Of a DNA stretch of 64,000 nucleotides, positions 40,848 to 55,263 are shown piece by piece (the stretch's first letter is position 1; each line of letters opens with the position of its first letter). Below the pieces are notes generated by a model that did not search any database, had not been told where the DNA came from, and worked only from the letters and a program-made list of their open reading frames with translations. The DNA is taken from assembly GCA_037379345.1 (NCBI GenBank), contig CM074515.1, positions 930,001 to 994,000 on the forward strand, given 5' to 3'. A program made the translations under genes and the position numbers. Origin of the DNA: Perna viridis. Taxonomy: Eukaryota.

Positions 40848-41494
40848 GGTTGCACTATACCAACGAGATTCAGGTGCACTGTTTCGTACACAAAGCTGAC
40901 CCTTTGTAATTTTGTGAAACTTACAAATAAAAGGTGAACTTGGTAGAAATATTGATTGTGGGCAGTAGAGCATTCGTACATGAATAGATGCAATACTTGT
41001 GAAGGTAAAGAGATGTAAAATGCATGCTTTAAGCTATCCGGAAAGATTCAGGTTCTCGCCGGATTGGGTTCCCGTCCCTGCACCAACTGGCTGTTTTTCA
41101 AAGATGCAAGATTTCGCATGAACTTTAAGAATTAAAATCATGTACAAATGAGAAGAAAAGGTACACTTTTTATTTGCTTTTTTACAATAATACCATGCCA
41201 ACTTTATTTTTTTGGCATTTTTTCAGTTCTTAATATTTTAGAAAACCTGTTTTTTGACAATTATTTTTGGGAAGGTGCCCAAAATTAGTTATGTTACCAT
41301 GGCTACAAATTTTCATAGCAAAATAGAATATAATATCTACCTTTTTTTCAAGGATCTCCATAATGTAAGGTTTTGAAAAATGTATACTTTTTACAGGAAA
41401 AAAGTTGGATTTGCTTGTTAAGTGTCTCAATATAGCTTTATTTCCACAAATTGTCATAAAGTTATCTGTAGCGACATATCTATATAGTGGAACC
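40848..41494 (+). mobile_element. Non-autonomous DNA transposon, PIF/Harbinger-like (TTA TSD), copy 1
   Basis: TTA|GGTTGCACTATA...TATAGTGGAACC|TTA; reverse-complement copy at 56397-57074. Confidence 0.85.
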
Positions 41495-42109
41495 TTACAG
41501 GTAGGTAACATAACATTATATACTCAGTCTCAATGACATGTTTGATGCGTTACACTTGTTACTACCATTGACACTTACGTTAAACTGGCGCAAGGTCTTA
41601 TCAATAATTAGGTTTTATAGTAATTAATTAGCCAATTAGGAAATACATGACCTTTGGATTACACAGCTGACTGAAGTTTACCCTCCTTGCTTCTCTTTCA
41701 CATTTTAAAGAGTATCTTGCTGAACTTCAGTAAACAAATACGTAATAAATCGTTTAAATTTACTTCACTTTTTACATCTTGTCCTGCACGAATGTAGATA
41801 GCCCTTGAGTAGTGGATACACATGGACATATACCGGATTTCAAATATCTTGTCTCCTAGAAGTCCGAAAGTATGGATCACACTGCATGACAATTACCGCA
41901 ATTCGTTCATATTGTTTCCCAGAACAATCCCAAAGTAGTGGCTACACATGAACATTTTCTGCACTTCAAACATCTTGTCTCCGATAACAGCCCTTCATTG
42001 TGGAAATGTTAATTAACACAATTAGAATACTTTCTCTATTTTATGTGTAATGTTGGTATAAAAGCAGTCGATGCTTTCTGTACCGACGTTTTAAAATGTT
42101 TTCTGAGCT

Positions 42110-42700
42110 ACTACACCTTGATCATTGCTCCTATTTGTGAGTTTTCCGTACTGGTCGATGTTCTCCGGTCTATGCTAGGATTTTGTGAGTTTTCCGTACT
42201 GGTCGATGTTCCCTGATCTGTGCTCCTATTATGTGAGTTTTACGTACTGGTCGATGTTCCCGATCTATGAACGGATTTTCTGAGTTTTCCATACTGGTCG
42301 ATGTTCCCTGATCTATGCTCGGAATTTATGAGTTTTCTGTTGTACGTGTCATCTGATCCATGCTCCGATTTTCTATATTTTATGTGGCGATGCACCCTGA
42401 TCCATGCGCCGATGTCGAATTCTGTACCGATCGACCTCATTAAAACTCCGATTTTGTGTGCTTTCTGTCGCGATGCACCTGATTTGTATGTTCTCTGTAC
42501 CAATGCACCTAACCATGGTCCGATTTTGCGTGCTCTCTATACCAATGCTCTGATTTTCTGTTTTCTGTTCGGATGCACTCTATCCTTGTCATGATTTTGT
42601 ATGTTTTTTTTTCCGAACCGGTGTACCCTTATTAATGCTCTGATTTTTTGTGTTTTCTGTACCGATACACCTAACCATGGTCCACATTTGTGTGCTTTGT
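42110..42700. repeat. Degenerate tandem repeat
   Basis: ttgtgagttttccgtactggtcgatgttcc repeated, grading into related accgatgcacc/ctgattttgtg variants. Confidence 0.75.
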
Positions 42701-42994
42701 TTCGTTTTCTTTTCCCATCATTTACTGTAGTTCACATTTTTTTCGTCATTTTTTTTTATTTGTTGTTGATTTATTGTGTTAATTTGACTTTTCGTTTGTT
42801 CTTTGTCGGTTTCCTTTTTAACTTTAAATATAAAGACGAAACTGCAAATAATTTTTTCAAGTTGGTTAGTCAGATTAGCACAATAAAACTTGCAGGGAAT
42901 TAAAAACTAATTACAACTGAGAATTTCACCACTTATTTCAAGAAGAAAATTAACAAGGAAAGCCATTAATATTTATACATATGGAGGTCCCCTA

Positions 42995-43310
42995 AAATTA
43001 ACCGATATTAGACTGAAAGTATAACGACAATAGGTATGGTGAATATGTCAAAGAGACAACAATCCCACCTGGATGAAAATGTCTGCTCAAGGTCACCCAT
43101 TGATTTTCAACGAGGAAACCTTCACTCCACAGGGCAGGCTGCAGCTGGTTCCAAAAGACAACATAGGCCAAACATTTCTGACTTGATAAAGGATACGAAA
43201 GACTACCTACACTGTTACATCCTAACAAGTTGGAATTCCGTTTTTCCATACTCCAACGTTAGTATGGCATCTAGTCAGAAAGTAGCTTGCCCGAAAACCT
43301 CTAGCATTGT
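42995..43310 (-). repeat. Dispersed SINE-like repeat
   Basis: gtcaaagagacaa...gctcaagg.cacc...aacgaggaaacc recurs at 52148-52235; 43225-43310 recurs inverted and split at about 57570-57620 and 58190-58220. Confidence 0.55.
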
Positions 43311-46300
43311 GTAGAGTAAAGCAACCTACGCCGACCTGTACCAGAAGAGGAGTATCAGTTTCTGCGTTGCCAGCACAATTTCACGTACATGGCTCAATGT
43401 ATGAACGTACTTCCATTAAACTTGATGAACGCGGCTTCACCCTTTATAAATGTATTCCTCTGCCAAAAGAGTTTATTTAATTTTACAAATTCATGAATTA
43501 AGATTATTTTAGAAACATTTTGGTATTCCTAGCGATGTAGTTTCGTTTTTAGAAACAGTGATTCCTTTTTAAGCTTATTTCATGTCCAGGAAATAGAATT
43601 CACTGATCGAATCTCAAAATTAATCGAACTACATGCAGGTTTATATAGGAATTGTGATAAGAAAATGAATAAACTTTTACTATTAAAAAATACCTTGACG
43701 TAACATGACGTCAAACTGAAAAACAAATCTCATTCATCCTTCTTCGGAATGTGCAAACTATTGAAATTACTTTAGTAAAATCTTTATATCATTTTAATAA
43801 TACACAACAATTACTTTTCAATAGGTTAATTGAATATTATAGACAATGGTTTCTCTCGAGTAAATGTGCTAGACTGTTTCTTTGGTGGAGTATTGTGTAC
43901 AATTTTTCACACGCTTCCATGATCTGAGTGTGTCAGGTGATCGCTACATACGATTTCATTTTGACAATTCATCTGAAAACAACAAATTGCACTATTTCAG
44001 AAATCTTTTAAAATCTTTTGGTGTGGATAATTGTATCTGCCGAGTGGGGTAAATCAGTTTATAGAAGTCTAACTTTCAAATAAGGCACTGACTATTTTAT
44101 ATTGAAAAGGGGTGGGGGTGGCTTGGATTTTTTTTAAATGATAATAAAATAACTCCAAATTAGATCAAACAAAATAATATTCATCCATGGACTGAAAAAA
44201 AAATATGGTTCAATATTCCATACAATTAGTGTTGTATATATTCATAGAGGACCAAATCTTCATTATGGCAATCAATGCGAATTTAACCTTTGACCTTAGA
44301 AGCACTGAGAACCTGATTTCAGTCTGACAGGAAGTTAGCCTGTAATATCAAAGGTAATACAAAGCAAGGATTTTTTTTCGTTTCATATCTTTCACCAACA
44401 TTTAATGTTTATAGCTCGCTTCTTAATGTTTTGTTGAATTATGAAGAAAATAAATCTTATTGTATTTATATAACTGTAAAGGGCATCGTTATTTTTTGCA
44501 ATATCAATATATTTAACTTAGGTTTGCACTCATGGCAATGTTCAGTTTTTTCTTTAATTATGTCAATACAAAATGTATTTCTGCCATCGTGCAGAATGTC
44601 ATTTACTATTATCAATTTGATTCCGTTTCAAAATTAAAGGTGGTCTCAACTGGAATTTTATCTAACATCCCAAACTTTTACAGCAATGAATTAGATTTTG
44701 ATTGAAGATTTGATTATAATCAGCAATAAATTTTATTTCTTTCAGAAAATATTCTGATTAAAGTTGGTTAATCGGGCGGGATTGCCTCGATTATTGATGT
44801 GATAGTCGTAATTTCTCAATTAAAAAATAAGATCATTTTAAACTTTCGTCCAAAATATGCATTTTCTGTAATTACCGTTAAAACTTAGTTTTTATAGTTG
44901 ATTAAAAGAAATTACAAGCAGGAAAGGGTTTATCTGCTACATGTAAAAGAGCCCGATTACAAGAAGAGAAGTGTGTCTACTGTGTATATGTAATTATCTC
45001 CGTATAAAATAAATCCTACTGGTTATGATACGGTATTTGTATTAACTGAAGGTAGTTCAATCTGTTTGACAGCGCCTTGATACTAAGAATATTCAAAATA
45101 ATCCGTTTTGTAATTGGGAAATCATTAGTCTTCATACACAATTTATCTTAGTTGATATAAACAGACACTTGATATTTTTTACACTATATATTGCAGATGG
45201 TATTCCTCTAACGAATGCGTTGACAGATGTACCGGTGGTTTGGCAGTTCTTGTGGTTACTTAAGGTGAAAAGATTGTATACCATTGTCTGTCTGGCTTCT
45301 TTTTCGAGCAAGGGGATCGAATGACCACAAACTTTCTGGGTAATTCTATTATGAAACAGTCGTTTGTTTAGAAATACAGCAATATAACAGGATACGTCAT
45401 ATTACATTTTACAAGTTCATCTTCAGGTGCACCGTTACGGTGTTGGAAAACCGATACCATCATACAAGACTCATTGAATAGAAAATTCACAATGATAGCC
45501 TGGATAAAAGACGTTTAAAGCCACAAACGCAATAAGGGGCTTTGAGATCGTATAGAAACCTAAATTGGAGTAAACAAGTGGCAAAGCCCCCTTTACAAAA
45601 CATCTTCTAAGCTTTTTGAACATACACAATTTTTCGGTGTAAAAAAAACCCAATTCAATCTCAATTTTTACGTCATTTTTTTTTCAGTGATTTACAATAT
45701 GCAGTAAAGACAGTTGCATGTAGGCGCACTAATTCACACACCAAGTTAACAAAACTTGAAATTAAAAGCTGAAATTTGGTGGACATAATGATTAAATGTA
45801 GTAAATCATTTATACAATATATGTGATGGTCAACAAGTGTACATGTAATTTAAATGAAGTAAGGTATCCAGAACTGTACAGTCCCATGCCGTATTAGGGT
45901 CTCTCCTCAGCATCAGCTTGCTGATTTGCGAGAAAATGAATGGAAAAGGGTGTTATTATTTTTACCTCTTTTCTATACATGCTTTCGTCCTGATATTTTA
46001 TAAAACATAGTATTTGGCTGTTAATTTTGGAAAGGCACCCCGATTTGTATTAAAACTCAGTAATATTTTTTTCAGTATATTACTATGGCTACTGGCTTTT
46101 ATGACAATAATCATTAATTGACTTGTAAATTACTTGAACCTCCACACACCAAGGATTAAAAAATACGTACTTTTTTATGAAAAAAAAACACACTTGAAAT
46201 CTCTGTGTGGACTCTCTCAAAGCAGTTTTATTTCAATAAAATGATATCAAATTTTCAGAATTGACCTAACCGTATAGTACTACTTTAACAACCAGAGAAA

Positions 46301-48141
46301 TCACACTGCTATTTCTTGAAAAAAAATTCAAATGGATGTAATACACCTTGCGTATTCAAAAAAAAATGTAGAGGTATTATTCATGTTTGAGTGTTTATAA
46401 CAATGTGTGTTCTGACTTTACAGTGTAAATATTTACAGTAAATCACTGGTACAATTTTAAAGCTACCAACCACGAGATACCGTGATACTATGCAGTGTTG
46501 ATAAAACAAAATCTTACTATAACTTGGAAGGAGGCAAATACGACGGTTTAGGCATAAAACTACGACACCATTAGCATACATTGAATTCATAGAAACGATT
46601 TCGCTAATCATTTATATTTCTCTTGATATATGGAAGACAATTTGCTACTTACAATGGAAATTTTTCTTGAAGCTTCATTTTCAATTTGCGTCTTTTTAAA
46701 TTGTCTACATGATCTCATGTCATCCTATTATACAGAAATAAAACTTTGCTGGTTACATTTATAATGGGTTGGAAAGAACTTGACATAGACATAGCGTCTC
46801 GTGTGATAGAAGTTAAACAAGATCCCCGTATTTTGTTAGTAGTTAACAATGACATGGATGGGGATCATTGTCATTTACAGAAAAGACGGAAATTGTACAA
46901 TTCAGCGCATCATTATTTTCACCAGCCTTTCCTTTCCCTGGTATGCACCTTGTTCGCCGAAAACCAGAGATGATTCTAAATAACTGTTACAAGTTACACG
47001 TTCAGAATATTAAGAGGTCAAAATTACGTATATTTTATGTACCTATCGTGGGCTGAACTTTGTATTTCAAGTCTTTTTTAGAGGAAAAAATATGATTATG
47101 TTTAAACAAAAAACATGAACTACTAATAATTACCGTTTACGTGAAAATTAACCAGTATTTTAATGTTACTAATTCATATTTAATATAGAGCATATATATT
47201 TACCATCGTTGTTGTGAACAGACAGTTTTGCCCCGCTTGAAAAGGTGAGGAGTTTTGCTTGTATGCAAACCTCAAAGATCACAGTGTACTCAACAAGTGT
47301 AAAAGCTCTGAAAGAGTAATAAAATCCACGGTAAATGAACGATGACACCTTTTCAAGTATTATAACGACATTAAGACACATTGATGATCAACATCTCCTG
47401 ACTGTGGACAGACACAAGTAATCTGTGGAAAAAATTCTACGGAAATCGGAGGAAAAATATCAAATTATGTTATCCTTTAGGATGACACCAGTAAACCATG
47501 ATTTGATTATCAAAGGAATAATATAAAAGTTCCTTCTGTAGAGTAGACTAGCATAAATATGTACAAATGGGCGCCTTAGTGTTTACTCATGTTAAAAGTA
47601 TTAGGATGAGACAGATGAAGCTCACAATACAGTGTATCATGTCAAATGTCATAACTGACACAACCTATGCACCGATCATGGCACCAACCTCCTGAAAAAT
47701 ATACCTCAGGTATATGCATACCTCCCTCCTCATGCCAAAGAGCAGTGCTTGGGGATGTAACCTATACAGCCGCACTCCTCTCGTGCATAATTTTATAAAT
47801 ACCAGTAATAGATATCAAATCTTTTGGGAGTAGTTGATAGAAGTATATTGTTTGATCAGTGCCTTCTCCACTTCTAAATTACCTATCTAATTTCATATAT
47901 GCTTTATTTTTAAACGTTGGGGGAAAATCAGTGGAATTCAGTATGATTTGTTAATTGTTCAGTATGTTACAGATAACCATTGTTGCTCTTGTATATAAAA
48001 CGCATTTAAATGGAAAAATATTTCTGTATGTTTTTACAATAGTTTTCTTAATTGTGGAAAAGTTTTGAAATTATTTATCAGGCCAAAAATACAAGAAAGT
48101 GAACTTGTTTGATCAACTTTATTTGGAATGAGACATTTTGA

Positions 48142-48837
48142 ATGACGGATCAAGTGTTTTTACATATTGAAGATGAGGAAAGGACATTTCAAGAGAAGAC
48201 GAATTCGGAAAATGATGAACAGCCTCAAAACAAGAGAGTTGAAAGTGAAATTTTAGAAGCGGAACTAGAAAAGAACCCAACTCTAAAAACTAAAGTATTT
48301 AAAAGTCTTTTTTTAACAACACCAGAACAGGATGAATTTAACCAGAATTTGGAAGAGGAACTCAATCAGGATGATTCAAAAGAGGAACATAACGATTGTG
48401 TCGACGAATCCGGAAATGTTATTTCAGGAATAGAACATGGATGTAGGGACGAGTTCTTAAACGAGGATGTGGGAAGTGCACAATCTAGAGCGGATCTGGT
48501 AGGAAGTGAACAAACAAAAAACGATGAATCCGGAAGTATTCGATCAAGGAGTCCACCGACACTAACATTTACTTCCGAATGGTACTATGAAAATCCTAAA
48601 GTTGATACGCCATCGCAAAAGTCGGAAACGTCGGACGATGATTTTCCAAACCGACGTTTATCAGTGGATACATTTAATGCTGAATCCGACACTGACAGCG
48701 AACTACCACCTCAGATACTTGACCGGAGGAGTTCCAAATGGAGTGCGACGATTTTGTTCGTTGCTTCCGAAATTCAAATGATAATAGATTTGGCGGAGTT
48801 TAGCCCAGACGAAGCTTTTCTTACTGCGCCAAAGAAG
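48142..48837 (+). CDS. Uncharacterised acidic, low-complexity protein; main exon (possible terminal exon 49764-49811)
   Basis: Long E/D/S-rich ORF in AT-rich non-repeat DNA; upstream acceptor near 48081; candidate phase-0 donor AAG|GTTGGT; no family recognised. Confidence 0.6.
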
Positions 48838-51071
48838 GTTGGTTTATTAATATTTTTAAGAACTAACTTCAAGCGATATTTGTTCTGGCGCATTTTTTTT
48901 CTTTCTCGACATTTATCAATCTCAAATACGATAATGAAAGACTCTTCAAGTGTAAATATTTACAGTCCGTAAAGCGTAAAGTAAGGACAATAGTTGTTCA
49001 ATAATAAAAGTCTATTTAGTAAGGATAAAAGTGATCCGAAACTAAAGACAAAAAGTAGTACATTCACTGTAGTTTGTAAATTAATGACAAAAATGGTGCA
49101 ATCATTATAGTCCGTAAAGTAAGGAAAAGACAATGAAAAAAACCTCTGTAAACGATTTTATTTTGTTTGCTTTATCAGTTCAAATATTTTCCGTTATGTT
49201 ATCTGAAAAAAAGGAAATGGTCTCCTAACGGTCACCTAATGCTCTCCTAATGGTCTCCTAATGCTCTCCAAATGGTCTCCTTATGGTCGTCATTTTATTC
49301 ATCTTGCATTCGTATAGCCTCCGCCTTTCGCAATTAAAATTGTATGCATTCTATTTTTCGTCGGTATTTAGTATTTCAGGTGTTCGTCTTTTGCACCTGT
49401 ATTTATAAAACAGTAATTAGAGGGTGTCTATCTTTAACTACATTGAAGTTTTGAAGTCCTATCAAAATGATAATATTTTACATTATGGATATTAGTTTCA
49501 TAAATCTCGTATTAACCAGACAACACCCTCCAGTTAAACCGACATATATTTATAAAAGAGAGATAAAAATATTCCTCTCATGTTTAATCAATTTGTTTTT
49601 AAGATGCCCTATTTATTTACAAGTAACATTACAGGAAAACATTCTGAGCCTTTCATGAGTTCAGTGATGGTTTTTTCCTTAAAGTACTATCAGTTTTTGC
49701 AGTAGATTAGATACACATTTTTCTACTAATTTAATATATTAATTTCATTTTAATTGTTTACAGACTATGCATGCTTTTTCCATTTTTTCTCTCGCCTTAA
49801 TAATGATGTGATAAACATATGTAAAATATGAAACATAAACCCCTAGTCGGAGAAGGAACGTCTTTCAATAATCCATTTCCATCCCCTCAACGTAGCGCGA
49901 CTTTAAGTGAATACACTCTGAATGAGTACCCATGAAGATAATTCATTTGTTACGAATATGTATGAACATAATTTACATATGCGAATAGGTTGCCGCTGTG
50001 TTGTTTAACCAGAACGGGTCAAGTATCTTTAACAGGCAACCAGTGTAAAACGAGATATCCCTGCTTTAACATGAAAGATGAAAGGGCGGGATTTAAGAAC
50101 CGAAAATTTATATCAAATCAATACAATGCCTGCGATTATTTATACAATCATTTATATAAAGAATAGTAAAATTCATTTTCCCCTGTACTCTGTTGTCCTA
50201 TAAATTAGTGTATCTTTGAAATATACGAATAAGTCTTCTTTTAATGCTGCATTTAACAGCGTGAAAGATGATCCTAGGGAAAGAAAATCTGACAAACTTA
50301 CATGTTAAATCCCGTATCATTTTTAATACCTTTTAAAAGAACTTCTTTCTACTGTAAAATTCATAAAAAATATGAAATTAATTGCAGGAAAATCATTAAG
50401 AAAATGTAATTGATCATTTACAAGGATTCTGGTTAAGAAGATTCCTTGTATATACTAGGAATTTGTTATATCCATCACCAATGTCAAATTACGCAGAACG
50501 CCATTTTCTTGCATTCTCATTATTTAAGTTCATCACCATGAATGAAGGCGCGTTCGATTAACACTTGAGGTTTATTACCTATTCATTAGCACCAATAATT
50601 GTTGAAGATGTGCAAAATGAAGTAGTTTTAAGTGCTTCTGTTTTATCGTTTCCAAAGATACATTTTTATTGTTGATATTCACGTCAAAACAAGTGTAACA
50701 ACATAAAGCTCCATTAAAAATGGTAAATTCAGCGAAGTACGAAGATCAATATTTACAGGAACAAATCAGTGTATATTATGTGACAAAGTGAGCAATACTA
50801 TGCCTGTAAGGTACGACCAAAACCTTTGCTAATCATAATGTTAAAACATGGCGAAGCAAATTTATGTGTAACTAATGATAAGGCAAATACTCAAATAATA
50901 TGTCTGCCAAGTTGAAACACACGCATAATACGTGTTCATTTTATTGTATATATTATCTATTTGTAGAGGAGCGAAGGTTTGCGCTCTGACTATGACATAC
51001 AATACTCAGAAAATGTTCTTTATCTCTTCAAATATGACTATATTAAAGAGAATTAGAACTATAAAAAATGA

Positions 51072-52052
51072 TTACGGCATCAACATTTGCATAGCAGTAC
51101 GATAAAAGAAGACACCGACACCGTCACAGAGGTAACACTTGGACTCCTCTGATGTTTTCCACCAATAGTAATACAAGACCAATACTCCAATTGTAAATAG
51201 TGCAAACATTAGAAGAATGAAAAGTGGTTTCTTATAAAATGGTTTACTCCTCTTGATTTGAAAATAAGGATAGATAAAATGGACGTTGTACTTTTTGAGA
51301 TCTCTCCCAACTACAAATTCCTTTGGTTTCGTATTGGTAGTTTCGCCATGATATTGGACGGTATCCTTCGGACTTTCACCAACATACGGGACAATTGCTG
51401 TTAAATTTTCACATCCGTTTATGACCGAACCTTCATTGCCATGCTTTTGCATTGCTTCAATAATCTGATCTTTCAGATTACTGGACTCGACGTCTTTCCA
51501 GAATGATAAAGTCGTCTTAAAGTTCCACTCGGGCGATGGTCTTCTCAGTTTTAAGGCCGAAGAATTCCTGTCCTTTTCACTACTTGAATTTCCGAAAGAG
51601 ACATTTTTAAGTGTTGACAGAATTTGTTCGTCTAATTCGTCTTCAAGAATGTCTTCGATTTCTCGCCGCTGCATTTTTCTTCCCTCAAGTCGATCGGCCA
51701 TTCTTTTGATTGCCGTTCTTTCATAGCGACAGAACATATTTATTTTATCTCCGAGTCTCTCTACTTTCTCCTTCCTACTTAAATTAACAAATTCAGCATA
51801 GTCGTCTCCCATGATGAACTGGAGCTCCGGCGAATGGTCTTTTTTTGTGGCACGTATTAGTTTCTTAACCAATACTTTTGTGTCCGTGGTTCCAAACATT
51901 TGCCGAAGATGGTTGGAAAAGATGTATTCTCCTAGTTCGTCTTCAGAAACATCAACATCTTGTAGCCCGGGGGAGATAGCCCCATCACGTTCATTGACAT
52001 CTTGCAACCCAGGAGAGATGTTCCCGTCACGTTCATAGGCGTTGTTACTCAT
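51072..52052 (-). CDS. Uncharacterised 326-aa protein with one C-terminal transmembrane helix
   Basis: Intact ORF; acceptor 11 nt before the ATG with an in-frame upstream TGA; candidate 5' UTR exon ending at 52724 with GTAAGT; TM PLFILLMFALFTIGVLVLYYYWW. Confidence 0.75.
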   Translation of the reverse strand: MSNNAYERDGNISPGLQDVNERDGAISPGLQDVDVSEDELGEYIFSNHLRQMFGTTDTKVLVKKLIRATKKDHSPELQFIMGDDYAEFVNLSRKEKVERLGDKINMFCRYERTAIKRMADRLEGRKMQRREIEDILEDELDEQILSTLKNVSFGNSSSEKDRNSSALKLRRPSPEWNFKTTLSFWKDVESSNLKDQIIEAMQKHGNEGSVINGCENLTAIVPYVGESPKDTVQYHGETTNTKPKEFVVGRDLKKYNVHFIYPYFQIKRSKPFYKKPLFILLMFALFTIGVLVLYYYWWKTSEESKCYLCDGVGVFFYRTAMQMLMP

Positions 52053-55000
52053 TCTACTTCATTCTGTAATTGCAAACAACATAAAATTTCGGTGAATCCC
52101 AATGATACAAAAGTATAACACAGTATTATATAACGAGAATGAATACGGTCAAAGAGACAATAACCCTACCGGGATGAAAAATGTCAGCTCAAGGCCACCC
52201 GTGTGGGTCTTCAATGAACGAGGAAACCCCCACACTTCTTTATAGGGACTCCTTGAGCTTACGATATTGTGTAGTGTTTCAAAACCATTAACAATAATTG
52301 AACGTATATAAGCATTTTTGATGTCCACATAACTTTCCAAAGTATGAAGATTTGTTTTCCGTTACATGTATGTTCGAAGCATGTGGAAGATTTACTGCCT
52401 ACCACTCGTTGCTACGTTTACGCACACACCGAATATTTTCACGATATATGATAAAATACGACTTCAAAGCCATACCGAAAATTGATCGGAATAGTAAATG
52501 TAATCATTTTGACTGTATACACACACACACACACACACACATAAAAATATGGCATAAATAAACCGGCAAAGAAGTCGAATTCTTTTTTAACCTTTTCTTA
52601 CAGGCATACCCAGTATAACATGTCATATAAAAAGAAGCCAAACATGAACTGCCATTGATAGTACAATGTGTCTCTAAAATTCACGAAATGTGGACAAAAG
52701 CAATAACAATTTTCAATACTTACCTCAAAACAACGTAGCAGGGCAGTCCTGTAAACATTGCTGTAGCGACGTCGCTCAGTGTTGCTAACAGCAACAGCAA
52801 CGTGACAATAGAATAAGACGAATTCAAAGCTCCAGATAGCGGCAGACGTCCCTAACAATAGGTGCTATTGGTTTAATCGTACAATACCTGGGTTTCTACA
52901 TGTAGTTGTAACCAATATGTTCTTACTTAATCTGGAATCACTGACATAAGTTTAGTTCGTAAACAGTCTTCAAATAAGATGGTGTACTTCAGTGAGATTT
53001 GTAACTCGGTTTTAAAACGGTAACAAATGGTCCAATCTTTCTGTTTACTTTCCCTACCACAGCACTTATTCCTCATTGTGAAGGAGCAAAAGAAAACATG
53101 GACAAAACCCAAATAACTGCATAATGTCTGAGCTTCATTTTCAATGCACATGAATTGCGTTTGAGTGCGTTTTATTATTTCTATTGAGTGCATTATTTAT
53201 GATTAACCTAGTAAATTATTGTGTTAAATGAAATCTTTTAAATTAGACAACTCGCACACCTGATTATAAAGCTAGCAACACTATTACCTTCAATTAAAAC
53301 GGTTAACAAAAATGTAAACACGATATAGTGGTAAAAACTGATCTGAATCAAGTTAACGATCGTCAGTACTAAGATGGATCTGCTTTCTGAGTTTATTCTT
53401 TTCCGACATGTTTTTTTTGTGCATTTCCATGAAATTTTAGAGTTTTTCAAAATTCACCAATTCTACAGGTGTAGCCATCTTTCCTTCTCTTTGGATTCAT
53501 CCATGAATGTTTATGAAGAAAACACGAAGCAATGTGGTAGGTCTGAAACGGAACAACCATCGTGTACCCACACACACCCTCCCACACACATACAAATACT
53601 TATCAATTTTATTTTCTGATTGTTTTTATCAATGGTTTAGTTTTATTTTACTAAGGTAAATTATTATTTTATTTAGTTTTATATTTTATTTTTTTCTTAG
53701 GTATATTGTAAGTGTCTTTTTCGGATTTAATCGTGATTTTTTTGCGCTTTAACGTCGTGCACCGTGACTAATTAAAAAAACCATGACAAAATAATCAACA
53801 ATCAACCAAGGACAATATTGTTTGGTAAGAAAAAAGACACAATGCTTTCTATTTATCTCACTTGGAAATTTTGAGAATTATTATTTTTAAGAACAACCAA
53901 TATGGGAGCTGACCAGACACGTTCAAGAATAGGTACTGTAACTTGGCGATTAATCCGTTCAATATACAAACATTCTAAAAAGAACCAGACACCAACAATC
54001 TTCTCTGTTGCAAGCCCATAACACTTCATAACTTCCCAAAACAATTAACAAACTTTTATTAATTTATATTTTAAAATTCGATTCTAAGTGTTTAATTAAC
54101 TTTTTTGACATTTCATGCAAAAAAACAGAATTAACAATTCAACAAGTAAGAGACGTCTGGCCTTTTTTAGTTTTCATATGATGCCCTCAAGAATAAACAC
54201 GCAAGTTGTTGTTTGGACCAGGGTTATGATGAATGCACTTTAAATTAAAACATACACTTAGATATTTGAATGGTTTGGTGTTCCTGTTCAACAGAGTCTT
54301 GTTGGGAGAAATGTAAACAAATGTTAAGGAAATAACTTTCGATTCAATTTCGTTGTTCTTAATAGCAAGAGAAGATCTAGAAAGAACTACTTAAACACAA
54401 GCTGGATTTAAACGTGAAAAATATATAGGAAAACTGGGTGAACTTTGCTATTAAGCTAAAAATATACAATGCCTATAAGTTTTTTTCTTAAACAACCGTT
54501 AACAATTGTAGTAATGTTTGTTACGGACTAATCTATGTTTCACAAAAATCACTTTTATCATATGAACCTATGAAGCATAAATTAAATTTACTAATCACAA
54601 TCGAATGTTTGTGTTTTCTTCAAATTTATTCTCTTTTCAAAACATTTTCATCGTGAATTGTAAAACCAACTACTTCTTGTCATTGGCGTCTGTTGGTATT
54701 CCATACTTTAATAAAGTCACGACAAGATAACATAAATTCTTCAGAAACTTAAAAATATTTGATAAATACTTGTTCTCGTCCCCATAAAGGTTAAGGCGAT
54801 CTGATCAATTTTCCAGCATCAGCACTCCTGTCAACCATTATTAGGCATCAGTGATCATATAACGTCATGACAAACGTATCTCTATGGTGAATGTATACAG
54901 CATGATGGTAACCTAGTCATTAATAAAGCGAGGAATATAATTCTGACAAATTATGGCTTAATCTCCTGAATACCCAATACTAATAGGTGACAAAAATTAT

Positions 55001-55263
55001 TTTCTCTAAAGTTTATTGTCTGATCCATTTCACCAGTTGTTCTATTTTTACGGTCATCAGTCCGACTGTAGATTGCTGGGAACAAACAGAGAACACGCGG
55101 TCATTCGCATTGTAGGGTACACATACTCAACAAGGAAACGATCTAAATGTTTTAAAAGAGTTCGAGTTTATAATTTTAAGATTGTGATATGTATATGTCA
55201 GTTTAACTGTGATATTCTTCTGGATTTAAGGGTGACCCGCTCGGTGATGAAAACTCTAACATA

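Noticed and set aside
45197-47430. Possible small exons near 45197-45345, 46881-46940 and 47204-47307
   Set aside because: Splice-like sites exist, but no consistent strand, frame or recognisable protein could be assembled
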